DNA of 64,000 nt. Origin: Phoronis australis. Taxonomy: Eukaryota; Animalia; Phoronida. Shown in pieces: positions 25,380 through 38,500 of the stretch (position 1 is its first letter; each line of letters starts with the position of its first letter). The translations under genes and the position numbers were made by a program. The notes below the pieces were generated by a model. That model worked only from the letters and a program-made list of their open reading frames with translations, searched no databases and was not told the origin of the DNA. The stretch covers positions 90,133 through 154,132 of the forward strand of contig NMRA01000129.1 in the NCBI GenBank assembly GCA_002633005.1. Direction: 5' to 3'.

Positions 25380-27125
25380 TTTGCCAAGGTTTGACAGCAC
25401 GAAGTTAAGTTTTAGCAAATAACTACTACGTTCTTGTTTTACGTGTCATTGCCAGCTGACTGGGGTCATGAGTTGACCCGATGAATCGAAGTCCTCCTTT
25501 CAATCTATGAATGCGCTCATGGGCAGTTGTTATATACTGTACATATGTATATGCTGAATGAACATCTGATTGTAGATAAAAATGCTATCTGCATGGGTGT
25601 CAAGGTCAACATGAATTATCTCGTAACTGAATAGAGTGTAAAATACTATCCAAAATGCATGTACTTTAAGATGTTTGAAATGTGTGACCCTTTCCAGCAA
25701 TGGTAGCAGTGATAAAAGACCTATTAAAATTGTATCAAAATGACTAAACGACACCGGTAGTGGGCTATGGGTCGCTTTAAGGCCACTTCTGTAACCCTCC
25801 TCGAGAGGGGTGATTTTGTTTTGATATTTTAGATATCAAAAGCGATTGTGTTTTATAAAAGTGAAAAAATCCTCCTGTGTAAAACTTGCACATTTCCATG
25901 AAACTTTAAATTTGGCTTATTCTGCAAATTGAACATAGAATGGAACATATTCAAAAACAATTGAATTAGATGTCCATATACATAAGGGTGTGACAATGGA
26001 AATAATATTTAGTCATAGATTGCATCCAGTCATATAATCACATATTTATTTTTATTCACATCAAAAATGTAAACTAGTGTCATATTTCTGAGTTTTTGAT
26101 CGTCATCTAGCGGTGAAATTTAGAACTACAATTTCAAATATTTTGGTATCGTTATGGTACCGTTGTTTTAACCGATAAAAGTGTTACCAAATTGACGATA
26201 TCAATCAGTAAATTTTGCAAAACAGTCAGAAATCATTAACGGGTGTAATTCTAAAGCACACGGCTTTACCAATAAATCGTTAATCTTACACAGTTTTTGG
26301 TGCTTACGATTCACATAATTCCAGATCTTTGATGTCTTCTTTATTAATGACATTTTAACAATTTGCATTGCATCAATCCAACATTCACGTTACTTGGTAA
26401 ACTGTGAGCATTATTATCATGACAAACTTTAAGTAAACCCTAGTTTCAAGAGAAAAATCAGTCTTACTGCATATTCAAATTAGACATGAATTCCCGAGTC
26501 AGACATTTGTGGTTTTGACCATAATCTGATTCCTCAAAGCTTAGACGGTAAAATTGTATTTTCCGGATATTCCGCTTTTTCAATCCAGTTCCTCAAAAAT
26601 CAGTCTCATATATTCTTCACCGTGACAGTATTCCATTTTTGTTACTGACTCAAGGCACAGGGAATGAGGTATATGCGCCATTTTCTTCTTGTTATGAAAT
26701 ATAGTCCTTTTACGGTACGCAATGTTGTAATTGTGGCTACAGTAAAAGGCTTTATTCGATTTTTCAGTTTAGCCAGCTAAACAAGGCAGCTTAAAGATTC
26801 AAATTATCTCTGGTTATGACCGTACTATGAAAGTTGATTCTGAGATACAGCAACCTAGTTATATTTGTGACGACGACACACGTACATGTACATGTACATG
26901 TACTGATCAGTGTACTTTGACGCCAGTCAAAATGAACGAAAGCAGATATCTGTAGGTCTTTGTGACAAGTATCGTAACTTTGGAGAGCAGCTTTCTACAA
27001 GTGTTTGTAATATATATTATCAAAGAAATAATTGCAGGCGGTCTGATACACGTTGTACCAGACGTGCGCAGGCCGCGCATGTGGGCCCATGGCACTGATC
27101 ACCTGGAAATATTTTTGTGCTTTAT

Positions 27126-27268
27126 TAATATATAGCTAAAACCGAGCTGAGGAGTTAGAAACCTGACTCAAGAGTCTAGCAGTGTGGCCCAGTGGGACTC
27201 GAACTCACGACCTCGAGTAAAGACGGCGGGCACCATCGGCACACTGGGCCACACTGCATCCTCACAAT
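27126..27268 (-). mobile_element. tRNA-derived repeat head (SINE-like), copy 1
   Basis: Reverse complement aligns with 43938-44077 (A-box, B-box and tail). Confidence 0.7.
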
Positions 27269-29338
27269 GTTTGCAAAACATATCAATGCTAATTTTTTTC
27301 CTGAGACGAGAACACGTGGTTTAGAATCGTGGGTGTTCGGAGGAATGTGTCGCTCGCACGCTCGTAATTACGACCGAGATTTCGCACGTGTTTTACAACC
27401 GCAATGCCGCGTTATATCCCGCCATGACAAACTGTTTGTAGATGACGTGAGCTCTATATACTATGAGCGTAAGATTGAATGTCCCACGATACGTTGACAC
27501 TGAAGGCAACTCATAGAATATGAAAGTTTCATATCTATCCAGTCAGCCAGTTGTGAGATATGATGTTGAGAAGGTAACCAAATTTGGCCATATTTATGGT
27601 CCTACATAGTTTTATCATCAGATCATTCAATGTTACAAAAGTCGTACATGTATTTTACGAGAGCAAAATACGACCGAAAATTACGTGCGAAAAATAGCGA
27701 GCGTAAAATTATGAGCGTAAAACTTCTTGAATACTTACATGACCTACAAACTAATTTCTCAATGGATATAACGATTACAGTCGTAAAACATGAGCGAAAT
27801 CTCTGTCGTAGTGACACTTTCCCTCGAACGGCCATGGTACATGGGTGTACATTGCAATTACGGGCAAGGTTCCTGCTATGAACAGCCACGATAAAGCGTA
27901 CCGTCACGGTAGTGGACGGGTTCGTGCCACGCCTAGTCCCTTGGCTGGAATAATACGGGTCTTGGCTATATATATATAGCTTTGAAACATCTCTAACTGT
28001 ACATAATGACGAATTTTCAAAATGCATTAACCACTAATATTCGCTAAAAACCGTCAACACCACGGCGGTATACAGCTGAAAAAAACAACCAAGTACGGTT
28101 TTCGGTTTTTAAAAATCGATGAACTAATAATCCAAAAACTGCAACCATTGATACGATAAACTACCGCGGTGGATATACAAACGCTGATCAGAGTTAACAA
28201 TATCACATGGATTAATTTTTTACTATTCTTTCAGAGATTTTTGACCAGGAAACAGTTGTACTTAACTTGAGTTGTGCCCACTTTTAATTTTTATTTCTGA
28301 CGAAGAGCTAGAATAGTTATACAGTCATCAGTGCCACCAAAATTGTTCAGCGATTCCCCGTCTTCAGTTTGGTTATCACCATATTTGCACTTTTGAATAA
28401 ATTTTATGATTTGAGTTCTAATAAAGATTAAACTTTAATGAAATGTTCACGGTAAAAAAAACATGAGTGGGCAAAAGTAAAGTTAAAAATTAACGAAAAC
28501 CAATATGAAACACTCGTTCCTTTGGGAAGTGTCCCTTTAGATAAACACAAGTTAACATCTGAAGTCATTTTGTAATATTTATGATGTACCAAGTTAAAAC
28601 TGCTATCCAGAGTTGCAGGCTTTAACTCTGCAAATGTCAGAGGAAACCACTGAAATTGGGGGTACTAACAACAATCATTGTTGAGGCAGTTGGTAATGCT
28701 AGCTACATGTATTAGGCCTACGTTTCCAGCTCAGACCTTCATCAATACAAAGGGCGTGTTGAATAAGCATAGTAAAAATTGTCTGGAGCTAGGGAAATCT
28801 GAGCGGTGACCAGTGTACGGTAAGCGAGAATGAATTCTCGCGGCCGGCGGCAAACCACGGTGTGTAAGCCTACAGTGTAAATGAGAAAAGGGACTATATG
28901 AACAAATTTTGCTCCAAACTTTTAAGGGTAGTCGAGGGTTACAGAGCATTATTTTGTTTCAGAGAACTGGATGGGAAAGTTGTTTTCAGTATCTGTTAAT
29001 AGGTCACTAGACCAGCGTGTGGTGATCGGCCTAGCCAGCTTTCTTGATCGTCGTAGGTTAGATTCGTCGTTGAGACGGTTTTGCCACCTGGTGAGTGCGA
29101 CTCAAATTACTAACATGGGTCACAACGCTCCTATTGGCGACCAAGTAACTTCTTCCTAAAGACTTCTCTTTTTGTTTTCGTTGGCCTGCAAACTATTATA
29201 ATATAGTCACTCGAATTTATGCAATAGTTTGGAACACTTAATGTAAAATATAGCTTTTAATTAGTTGTAAGAAGCAATAATATAACTCCCAAAGCGGAAC
29301 TGCATTCCATTGTCTGATGATTCATGTCAACATTAAAT

Positions 29339-29393
29339 CACGTGACGTTTGAATCAACCAATGATCGTATTCATATGACCGCTTATTTTCAAA
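29339..29393 (+). promoter_or_regulatory. ECT2 proximal promoter: E-box CACGTG (29339), CHR TTTGAA (29348-29353), CCAAT (29358-29362), inverted CHR TTCAAA (29388-29393)
   Basis: Motifs read directly about 200-250 bp upstream of the ECT2 ATG; CHR plus CCAAT is the known G2/M (DREAM/MMB, NF-Y) promoter architecture. Confidence 0.5.
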
Positions 29394-29588
29394 TCGTTGA
29401 GTACGGGTTCCTGTGAAAAAAGAGTTGGTTTATGTGATGTACTGTAGTGTTCGCGCGATTTAATTTCCTTTTTAATTGTGTCCGGCATTTCTAATGGTCA
29501 GAGATCTGTCGCACACCAGCTTGGAGTTTCTACCGGGCACCTGTTCATTAAATTACTAACATCACGGTTTCACGACATCACGTCCACG

Positions 29589-32500
29589 ATGGCTGACATG
29601 TCTTCGACAGGTTCGAAACATGATGGTAAGCTTTGAACTTTTCGGTAACAAACAAATGGGCTTAGTCTCAAAATAAATTAATGACACTTTGCGAAACCAG
29701 GCAATTACTGAAAAACGGGCCAGTCAGTACTGAGTGGATGAAACTGTTCGTTACTCTTTTCCATTCCATGTACCGTACCGTCCATGTCCATCATCCTGGG
29801 AATGGCATTACGCCATTACACAATCTTCACTTAGCAAGCAGGCCTACCAGTACCAGTTCATCTTAAGTTATGTAAAGTTTATTGAATTTCTTTGGTCATC
29901 TTTGAATTTGCTAGATGGACTTGTACTATAGTCATGATGGTAGTGTACTAGTGTAGTAATAGATTACCTGACCCAGGTCGGGAATCGAACCAGCGACCTC
30001 GATAAAACTGGCAGGCGTGCTTCCATTGATTCAGCTATTAAATGGCATGGAAATACCAGGCTAGAAGTCAATTCTTCCCATCTGCAAAACAGGCATGCCC
30101 CTAGCATACTGGAATTTGCCCTCGGTGACATTCCCGTGTCTTCAAATTTGCCTTCAGCGAAGCTCTTGTGTTCTGGAGCCACCACCAGGCTGCCATCTGC
30201 CATTAAGAAGCTTTACATCTCAGAGAAGTTGCATTTTCATTGGTGTTCAATGTCTTTAGTATTATTTTTTCATATTGTGCACAGTTTGTATGTTGCTTCA
30301 TGTTTATGAGACATGTATTTCTGCAGTGCTGTAGTGGTAAAATCAGAGGTAAGTAGGCGCCCAAAGCCCACCGTATCACCTTGAGCACTGAATGTAACTT
30401 ACGGTGTGTAGGCGCTACGTTCAAATGCCAAAAGGTAGTTGGCTGCGCCTACTTGCGTGGGTCATGTTATGACGTACATTAACATGTAGTAATTAAAAGG
30501 CACTGGACATTTGCATGTTCTGAGTTACAATGTCCGATAGCATTATTTTTATTTTGTTCGCATTCTGAATAGTTAATTTGACTTTTCTTAATTTTTTAAT
30601 CCTGTATCATCTTGTATATTATAGCTGTACCTATTGAAAACAAGTTTATATTGGTCGGGGAAGAATGTTTGAAGAACAAACCTCTACAGGATTCACTGCG
30701 GGTATGTTTACTGTTTTGAAGAACAAACCTCTACAGCACTGATCATCTGAAACTACTCAGTCATAATTTTTACTAGGAATAAGTTGATGTCAGTGTCATA
30801 GAAGAAAGTCATACAAATCAAAAGTTACTATTTTTGTTCAGGCGTGCTGAGTCCCATTTTGGGACATCAGGCATGCTGAGTCCCATTTCAAACAAGAAGT
30901 AATTAAAATACTACAAAGAATACAAGGGTGAAGTTATTTTTTTGAATTACATTTAAAAGTGCAGTCAAATCAGATGTTTTGAAGTTTGACACTTGACAGT
31001 AATTCAGTTTCTCTTAATATTCTCAGTCATGGTCAACACACATGTGTCCTTTATATTTCACTGTATGTTTATGTTTAATTGAGGACCCTCATTTGTCCAA
31101 AGGGTTAGGTGGCTGTGCCTTCTAAGAGGTTAATTTTGGGGGAGGGGAAAATTCTACCTCAGAATCACCATCCTGTTGCAAGCCTTTGTAGGCTCTGCCT
31201 CAAGTAGCCAAAACTGACATTTTGTGCTCTTTCAAATTGTCACTTCATCGTCCTGTGTGAGTTACCTGGGGGGGGGGGGAATTTTTCAATCTCTTGCGGG
31301 AATTTTTGGGCCTGATGATCGGAATGTCGTGTGATTATTCAATATTCTTCGGAGGGGAATGGGGCCGATATTCGGCCCCAAAATCGAGAGATTGAAGGCC
31401 GTGTATATGCCAATGATTTTCTTTTGTAGAGATTTGATCAGACTGTTGCTTACTCTACCAATGGTCAAGAGTATGATCCCAAAGACGAAGACGTCGATTA
31501 CGTCTTTATTGTTGACTCCTTTGACAGCGATAGCTACTGGCAGCTGCGGCAAAGAGGTGCCCGAATTATAGGCCCCACCGTCATCATCCGATGCGTACAA
31601 ATGAAAGAGGTGGGTTGGGTCATAAGAAGTACTTGTTGTTTGCCAACCATAAGACAGTGTCGCTGTTCTAAAGTCCTCTTTAAACAATTCTAGTGTCAAT
31701 TTTCGTATATGATGACTGGCATACAATTAACTGCGTTGTCTAGACAAGTACTTTGAAGTGATGTTTTAGGCTCAAAAGTTGTCATCCTTTGAAATAAAGT
31801 GTGACCACTTTTGCTCTGACTTCGAGATATCGCTCGTCAGATACTGTGTGTTATTTTGTACTTAAGACCATGTGAAATGGTGTGATTGATCACATGATGT
31901 GTTGCAATGCAATGAGACAAAGAATGAATTCTCATATTCAACAAGACTCCAGCGTTCCCAAATTAGCATCCACTGTATGCAACGGATGGAGTGGTTATAC
32001 TGCAGTCTGGTTGTCATGTGAACAAAAGCCTATTTAAGCGTGTGCACAAAACTGGGACTCACAATTCCTCAAAACACACTTGAAAACAGGCTCTCGGGGC
32101 TTTTTTCGAGCCTGTATTATCCCATAGTGATCTTTGAGTAATTCTGCATGTGATTTGCCTTCCAGCCTGTGCCATTCAACAGCAGACCCCTATATTGCCA
32201 AGCCATGTCGCAACTCATTCTGTGTTTTACTGGCTTCAAGCAGAAAGAAGAATTGGTATGTGTTGTGATGATACTCCAGCTGAACAGTTTTTCAAGTTTG
32301 AGGTTAAGAAACTAGAAGTTGTCTCCCAAGGCCTGTGCTTTTTGCTTGAAATATGGGTATTCGCGTGCCAAATTTAATTCTGTGAAGACTTAAGTTTCAG
32401 GGCTTGGAATTTTCTGCGGAAACGCGGATTTCCGCTTTTTTCAAATGGGCTTTCCGCTTTTTTTATAATATTTCCGCGTAAAAAAATCGGATTTGATGTA

Positions 32501-35500
32501 AAATTTCTGCAGCAAATTCCTTTCTTACCGCGGCGTTGCAGACGACGTTCACCTCGAAAAGCGGAAGTTGCTCTTTATGTTTCGGAGGAACGTAAATTGT
32601 CAACATTGCCGGGGCACCTGGGACAGCGTGGTGGGATTTTCAATGGCGTCTCGTGTTATTGTTAAGTGCGGCGACAAATACTACCGCTCTGCAGCCAAAA
32701 ATGTGTGGGTTGGGAGTGGACGGGGGAGCTAAAAGGATGCAGACGCATGCTAGTGATGGTGGTAACTTTTTTTTTTTATAGTCCTCCCGATTTTTGTCGG
32801 GGAAAGGTTCACATTGACCATTTCAAGGCTGGTTATCGGGCATGATTTGGGGCCGCAAAAGTTTCAAAGTTTCTGCGTTTTTTCTCATTGGTCATTCCAA
32901 GCCCTGAAGTTTGAATCTACCCCTTACTATGGTGTTCCACTTGTACCCAAACCCTTGCAAGATCCCTTTCATCAATATTAAAGGAAAAGTTTTCAATAGC
33001 CTAAAAGATAGCTACACAGGTATGTGGTAGGTATCAGTTTTTACTGTAAAGGTATAAGTACAACTTGTTTGGGCAATCTCGTAGTTATGGCAATATTTGC
33101 TTAGAAAATTCTTGTCCTGCGCACAGTACAATGGTTAAAAACCAAATTTATGATATTGAAATTTTGCAACAAACACTTTCTGTTAGTTTTCATGCGATTT
33201 AGTGTCGGCTTTTCTGAGATTTAGCAACAACTTCGACAAAGCCGGACAAATTTTAATAAAATGGTAACTAAAGTAAAGAATAGTTTAGTGTTGTTTTTGT
33301 TATCTAAACAATAATGTGTTCTGTATATTTCCAGTCTCACTTGGCTGATCTTGTGCACCACATGGGTGGAAGCATCAGAAAGGACTTCAGCACACGGGTG
33401 ACTCATCTTGTGGCCAACACTGTAGGGGGTGACAAATACAGGGTGAGACACAGGTTGTTTACGACCTGTCACATGCTTATTGACTCCACCACTGGTCCTG
33501 TGTTTAACTCTTATCCTGCTAAGCCTCTATTCAGACAACTTTCCCTGTGTGCTAAGCTAAGTAGGTCACCACTGCTGCTATGCACTGGGCTGTTATGAAG
33601 GTCACTCAGATTAATGACCTAACATTTTTAAATTGGAAATTTGAAGGGTAATGTCAATTTCACATAAAAGTAGTCTGCACAAAAGTTGTTCAGAATTTAA
33701 TGGAGTTTTTCACCATATACATATCTTTACCATCGTCTTGCTGTGAATAATTCTATTAACTTTCAAACTGGACACCCTTTGTTTTTATCTGTTTTCGCAC
33801 ATGAGAACATTATAGCTGACACTCAAAAACCGTAATAAGCATTTTTAAAAGGGAATTCATGGGATTTGCATGTTTAACAAAGCAGATTTATTGTTTGTAA
33901 CATCACATCTACAAACAAGAATGTACAGTATATAACATAGGGCCTACCTCAACTTTGCACGATAACAAATTTATGAGTGGTGCAGTCGCTTGCTAAAGTC
34001 NNNNNNNNNNNNNNNNNNNNNNNNNNNNNNNNNNNNNNNNNNNNNNNNNNNNNNNNNNNNNNNNNNNNNNNNNNNNNNNNNNNNNNNNNNNNNNNNNNNN
34101 NNNNNNNNNNNNNNNNNNNNNNNNNNNNNNNNNNNNNNNNNNNNNNNNNNNNNNNNNNNNNNNNNNNNNNNNNNNNNNNNNNNNNNNNNNNNNNNNNNNN
34201 NNNNNNNNNNNNNNNNNNNNNNNNNNNNNNNNNNNNNNNNNNNNNNNNNNNNNNNNNNNNNNNNNNNNNNNNNNNNNNNNNNNNNNNNNNNNNNNNNNNN
34301 NNNNNNNNNNNNNNNNNNNNNNNNNNNNNNNNNNNNNNNNNNNNNNNNNNNNNNNNNNNNNNNNNNNNNNNNNNNNNNNNNNNNNNNNNCTCATTGTCTA
34401 GAGTCATCTCTTAATTTATTTCATCTGTCTTAGTTAATTTTTTACCATTATTTGTCATTTAGTTATTGTCTTAATTCTCAACCTTAACTGTTTTAATTGT
34501 ATCTTTGTTACGTATATTTCATTGTTGTTTTATTACTTCATTGTATTATATTATTGTTTTTCTTGTTGAGGGCCCTCTTGGAAAGCAGTGCTGTCACTGA
34601 AGAGGCCACCCTCATTTTAAATATCACAATAATAAATAAATAAATAAACAACTCACCACAGCCATATGTTGTAAATCAGAAAAATGTACAGGAAACTATG
34701 GACTGTGGAATGCGCATGCTTACATATATAAACAGCATACGGGGCTTTCACAATTTCTGAATGAAAAACACCAGTGTCCTGGGGTGAGTACACCCTCCTT
34801 GCGCAGTCTAGCCGTAGCTTATTATAGGCGATTGAGTACACCCGACGCATTTTAGTAGGATAATTGGCTTGTCGGCTGACCTCGCCTAGCGCAGGATAAG
34901 GGTTAAGGGTGCTTAGTTGGTTTGCTATGTACCGTGGGTGCATGGCAATGCCTTCAGCATTGCTCTTGCTCCATAATGAAGTATTTTTCTGCAAGTCGAT
35001 CATTAGAATTCTGTATGTTACTTGGTAATCTTGATTTGCTGTTGTTTATAAATGTCAAAGTTACTGCATGGCAAGCCACCTGGTGACATTTTTGTTGTTG
35101 TAGGAATTCCTGCTGTTTAAGCTTTGTGAGTTTTGTGTCATTGGTTGCAGGAAGTCTTCACCCAGTATCAACCCAACACATTCGCAGCTAATTGCTTTTG
35201 CCTGCTGCAATACATTTTGAGCCTCGTTATGAGTCTACCAGCATCATAAACTCCCAAATGAAGTGAACAGTGAATCTTTATATGGTGTTCTATTCCAACC
35301 CTTGTTCAGTATAACTACTTTTGGCCTTTCGTTCATTGTGCTGTATGTACTAGGTGACATAATATGCCCCGAAAGGCTTGATGTGTTGCTGATTTATCTG
35401 GGTCTTCCCCAAATGCATTTTCTAAAATAACAAATGGGCAGATAACAAAGATGAACAAAAGTCACCAACCTCAGACTGTAATTGCAAACAAAACAGACGC

Positions 35501-38500
35501 ACGCACAATTAATAAGCTTCATTTACTACAGAGGGGGCTGCGTGTAATCAGTGGCACTTGGTCGTGTTCAAAATATCTGCATTTGGTGCCGGAGGTTTGA
35601 GTATGTTGTATCACAGCTGCCGCACGTGAATTTATGGACCTGGGGAAACACTCTCAGAGAGGTTATCTAATAAATTGAAATTTCACTGTTTGCAGACGGC
35701 TGTTAGTCTTGGCACTCCGATTATGAGCGAAGAGTGGATTCATAAAGCGTGGGAGAGGCGTGATGACATAACGGCCAAGGCCATTGATGCAGATATGGTG
35801 AGTCTAGAGAAGGGTTTTGTTGCCTATGTTTTAAATCAAGTCCAAGCTGGCGACGTACATTACGAGAGTGATTCTATGCCGCTTTCAGGACAAGTGAGAT
35901 AACAAGCGGACAGCTTTACTGAAACCTGCCAGGGCTTTTCTTAAACATGCTTGGTCCAATTGACCTATCGCAAGCTCCGCCTCCTTGCGTAATGTCAACT
36001 AACAAACAATAAGTTTTACCCGGCAACGTGTGGTTTGTCGGGTAAAATGGCGGCTTGGAAACGAAGGTGTGTCAATAATGCTGCATTCTAAATGGTCAGT
36101 TAAGCCGTCACTCAAAATCCTGGCGATAGGTCAATTAGTAGCATGTCAGTGTAACATGATTTATCAATTTCTGGTGGCTTTCTAGTTTCAGAAAATCTGT
36201 TTTTTCTTTGTTAGGTTTGTAGATATTCAAGTACATATGAGTCTCGTCGATAAGTTCCTACATCACTTAAAGCTGATTGGTAAAACTTTCCCAGTGCAGA
36301 GGAGATTAATAGCGTGGATACCCTTTGACATTGCTAGGTGGAGCTGTTTGCACTACTCTCGTGTGACCGCTTTATTGACTGTCGGAACATTTGGACGTTA
36401 TGATTTCTTTCATCAACTGTAGCGTTATATATCTTCTCATCTGGGATATTTGAGCAATATTATTAGTTGTATTTGCTTTGCTGTATTCTTACTGCCACAC
36501 ATGACAGATTTATTTTTAAGTGTTAAACGCATTTATGTACCTTGTTGTATATTAACCATCTCAGTGACTTCCGTTTCTAAGTTATTGGCTTTATTTTGCG
36601 TTTTCCATTATGTTTTGGTATTCAACAACTCATTTTCTTTCTTTTTTTTTCTAGCTGGATTATAGGATGAAAGCATTCTTTGGGTGTTCTTTGGCTTTCA
36701 TTGGTTTTCCTGAAGAAGAGAAGAAACACATGGAGGAAATTACTGAACAGAATGGTAATAAATGATGGTTGGTTGGTTGGTTGCTTGGTTGGTTGGTTGG
36801 TTGGTTGGTTGGTTGCTTGCTTGGTTGGTTGCTTGGTTGGTATGGCCAACCTTCAGTCTTGGCACGTGTTAAAAAGCATCTGTAAATAATAGATATGTGG
36901 AAATAGTATGCAGTGTTTGCATTCAGTTGTTAGTACTCATTCACTTCTAGAAAGTCATCTTTAAAAGTTTCATTCCACTTTAAACTTAGTGCTTAGAAGA
37001 TTTAGTCACAAACCTAAGTGAAATTTTACCATACTTTTGTCTGATGTTTTATAAACTTAGATATTATTTCAGTTTAGTTTATTATTTGCCATTACAGCCA
37101 GAGACTACATTCGCAGTTGTCCAGTTGTTCAGATAGTGTATGCACTTTTTAAAAACAAAAGCAAAGACTGGGCTTACCCACAAACCATCACGTGGGCATT
37201 AATTATTGAGGTTCTAAACGATAATGCAAAATAAGTTTTACGTACTTTGTAATGGTGGCTAATAGATTCTGAAGTCAGACTTTACATGGGCTTATGGTCC
37301 TCAAAATGATGTGACTGAAATTTTTGGGCCTGTCTAATTGTCCTAAATGTAATGTGCACAAAATAGGTCTTTTGTAATTTGTTTGGCAACTTTCCCATTT
37401 TGGGATTTGTGTGCTTCCCAGTTGTTCCACAAGTCAATATGTTCATCATTGCTGTATCCTACAGGTGGCAGCGTCACCAACCCTGAAGACCCACAGTGCA
37501 GCCATCTGGTGGTGGATGAGCATAATGTGAAACAGATACCATTTGCAACACTCAACAGGCTCTTCTTTGTCAAAGGAGAGGTGAGCCTGATCACAGTCTG
37601 ATTGTGATGAACATTCTCTGACAGCAATTAAATGGCCTTAGCGGGTATTAATGGTTGGAATTTTGGAGTGTATAAGAAAATGTTGGTTTATGCTTTTTGC
37701 CGTAATAAACAAGAGCTTCTATGAATATTAACCCAACATTTCCAAAGATGGCATTGATAGTTTAATCTCACAGTTAAATATTTCCACTCCATATGCTAAA
37801 CATAAATGTAATTGATTGTTACAGTGGTTCTGGGGTAGTGTTCAGATGGAGGCATGTGCCGACGAAGGAATGTATGAGTTTCATGAAGAGGTAGGTGCTT
37901 GTGGGGCTGTAGTCCTAGTAATATCTCCTCTAAGGTTTCAGTGTCACGAAGTATTAGTCGGACAATTAGAACCACTCGGTGAACGCAAGCCTCCGACGGA
38001 GCTTTTCGTCTTGGCAATGTTAACATTCTTCTAAATGCTAGTATTGTGTTAGTCATTACTGTTGAACGTGTAGTGCGGTAAAGATAAAATTGGCAGTCGG
38101 TGTTTTTGATGACGTGTTATAGAGGCATATATTTTTGTCAATTGTCTAATCTACAAGGCTTGGAATTTTCCTCTTTTAAGAGAATTTCATCTTTTTTGGT
38201 TTCAGTTTCCTCTTATTTGATTCCCAGTTTCCTCTCTTTTTCATTATTTTGGCTTCTTTTGTGCAAAAAAAAGGTTTATTTCTGTTAATTTTTACAACAC
38301 AAAAAGTATTTCTATCACATAAGTCTATTTATTTGTGGAACAATACGTCCTAAATCTATACTCAAGACATCGTCAATAAAGGAAGGTATGTACGTAGTGT
38401 ACATTTATTGAACCTAAGTATGTTTGGTGCATTTCTATTGTTGTGATTGGTCAAAACTCAATATCATGCATATCCAATAGCAACTGAACATTTCATCTCG

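Noticed and set aside
30715-30737. 22-bp copy of ECT2 exon sequence (TTTGAAGAACAAACCTCTACAG) in the following intron
   Set aside because: Local slippage duplication that does not include the donor site; no evident function.
33949-34433. Long ORFs of X residues in the ORF track
   Set aside because: Translation of an N gap.
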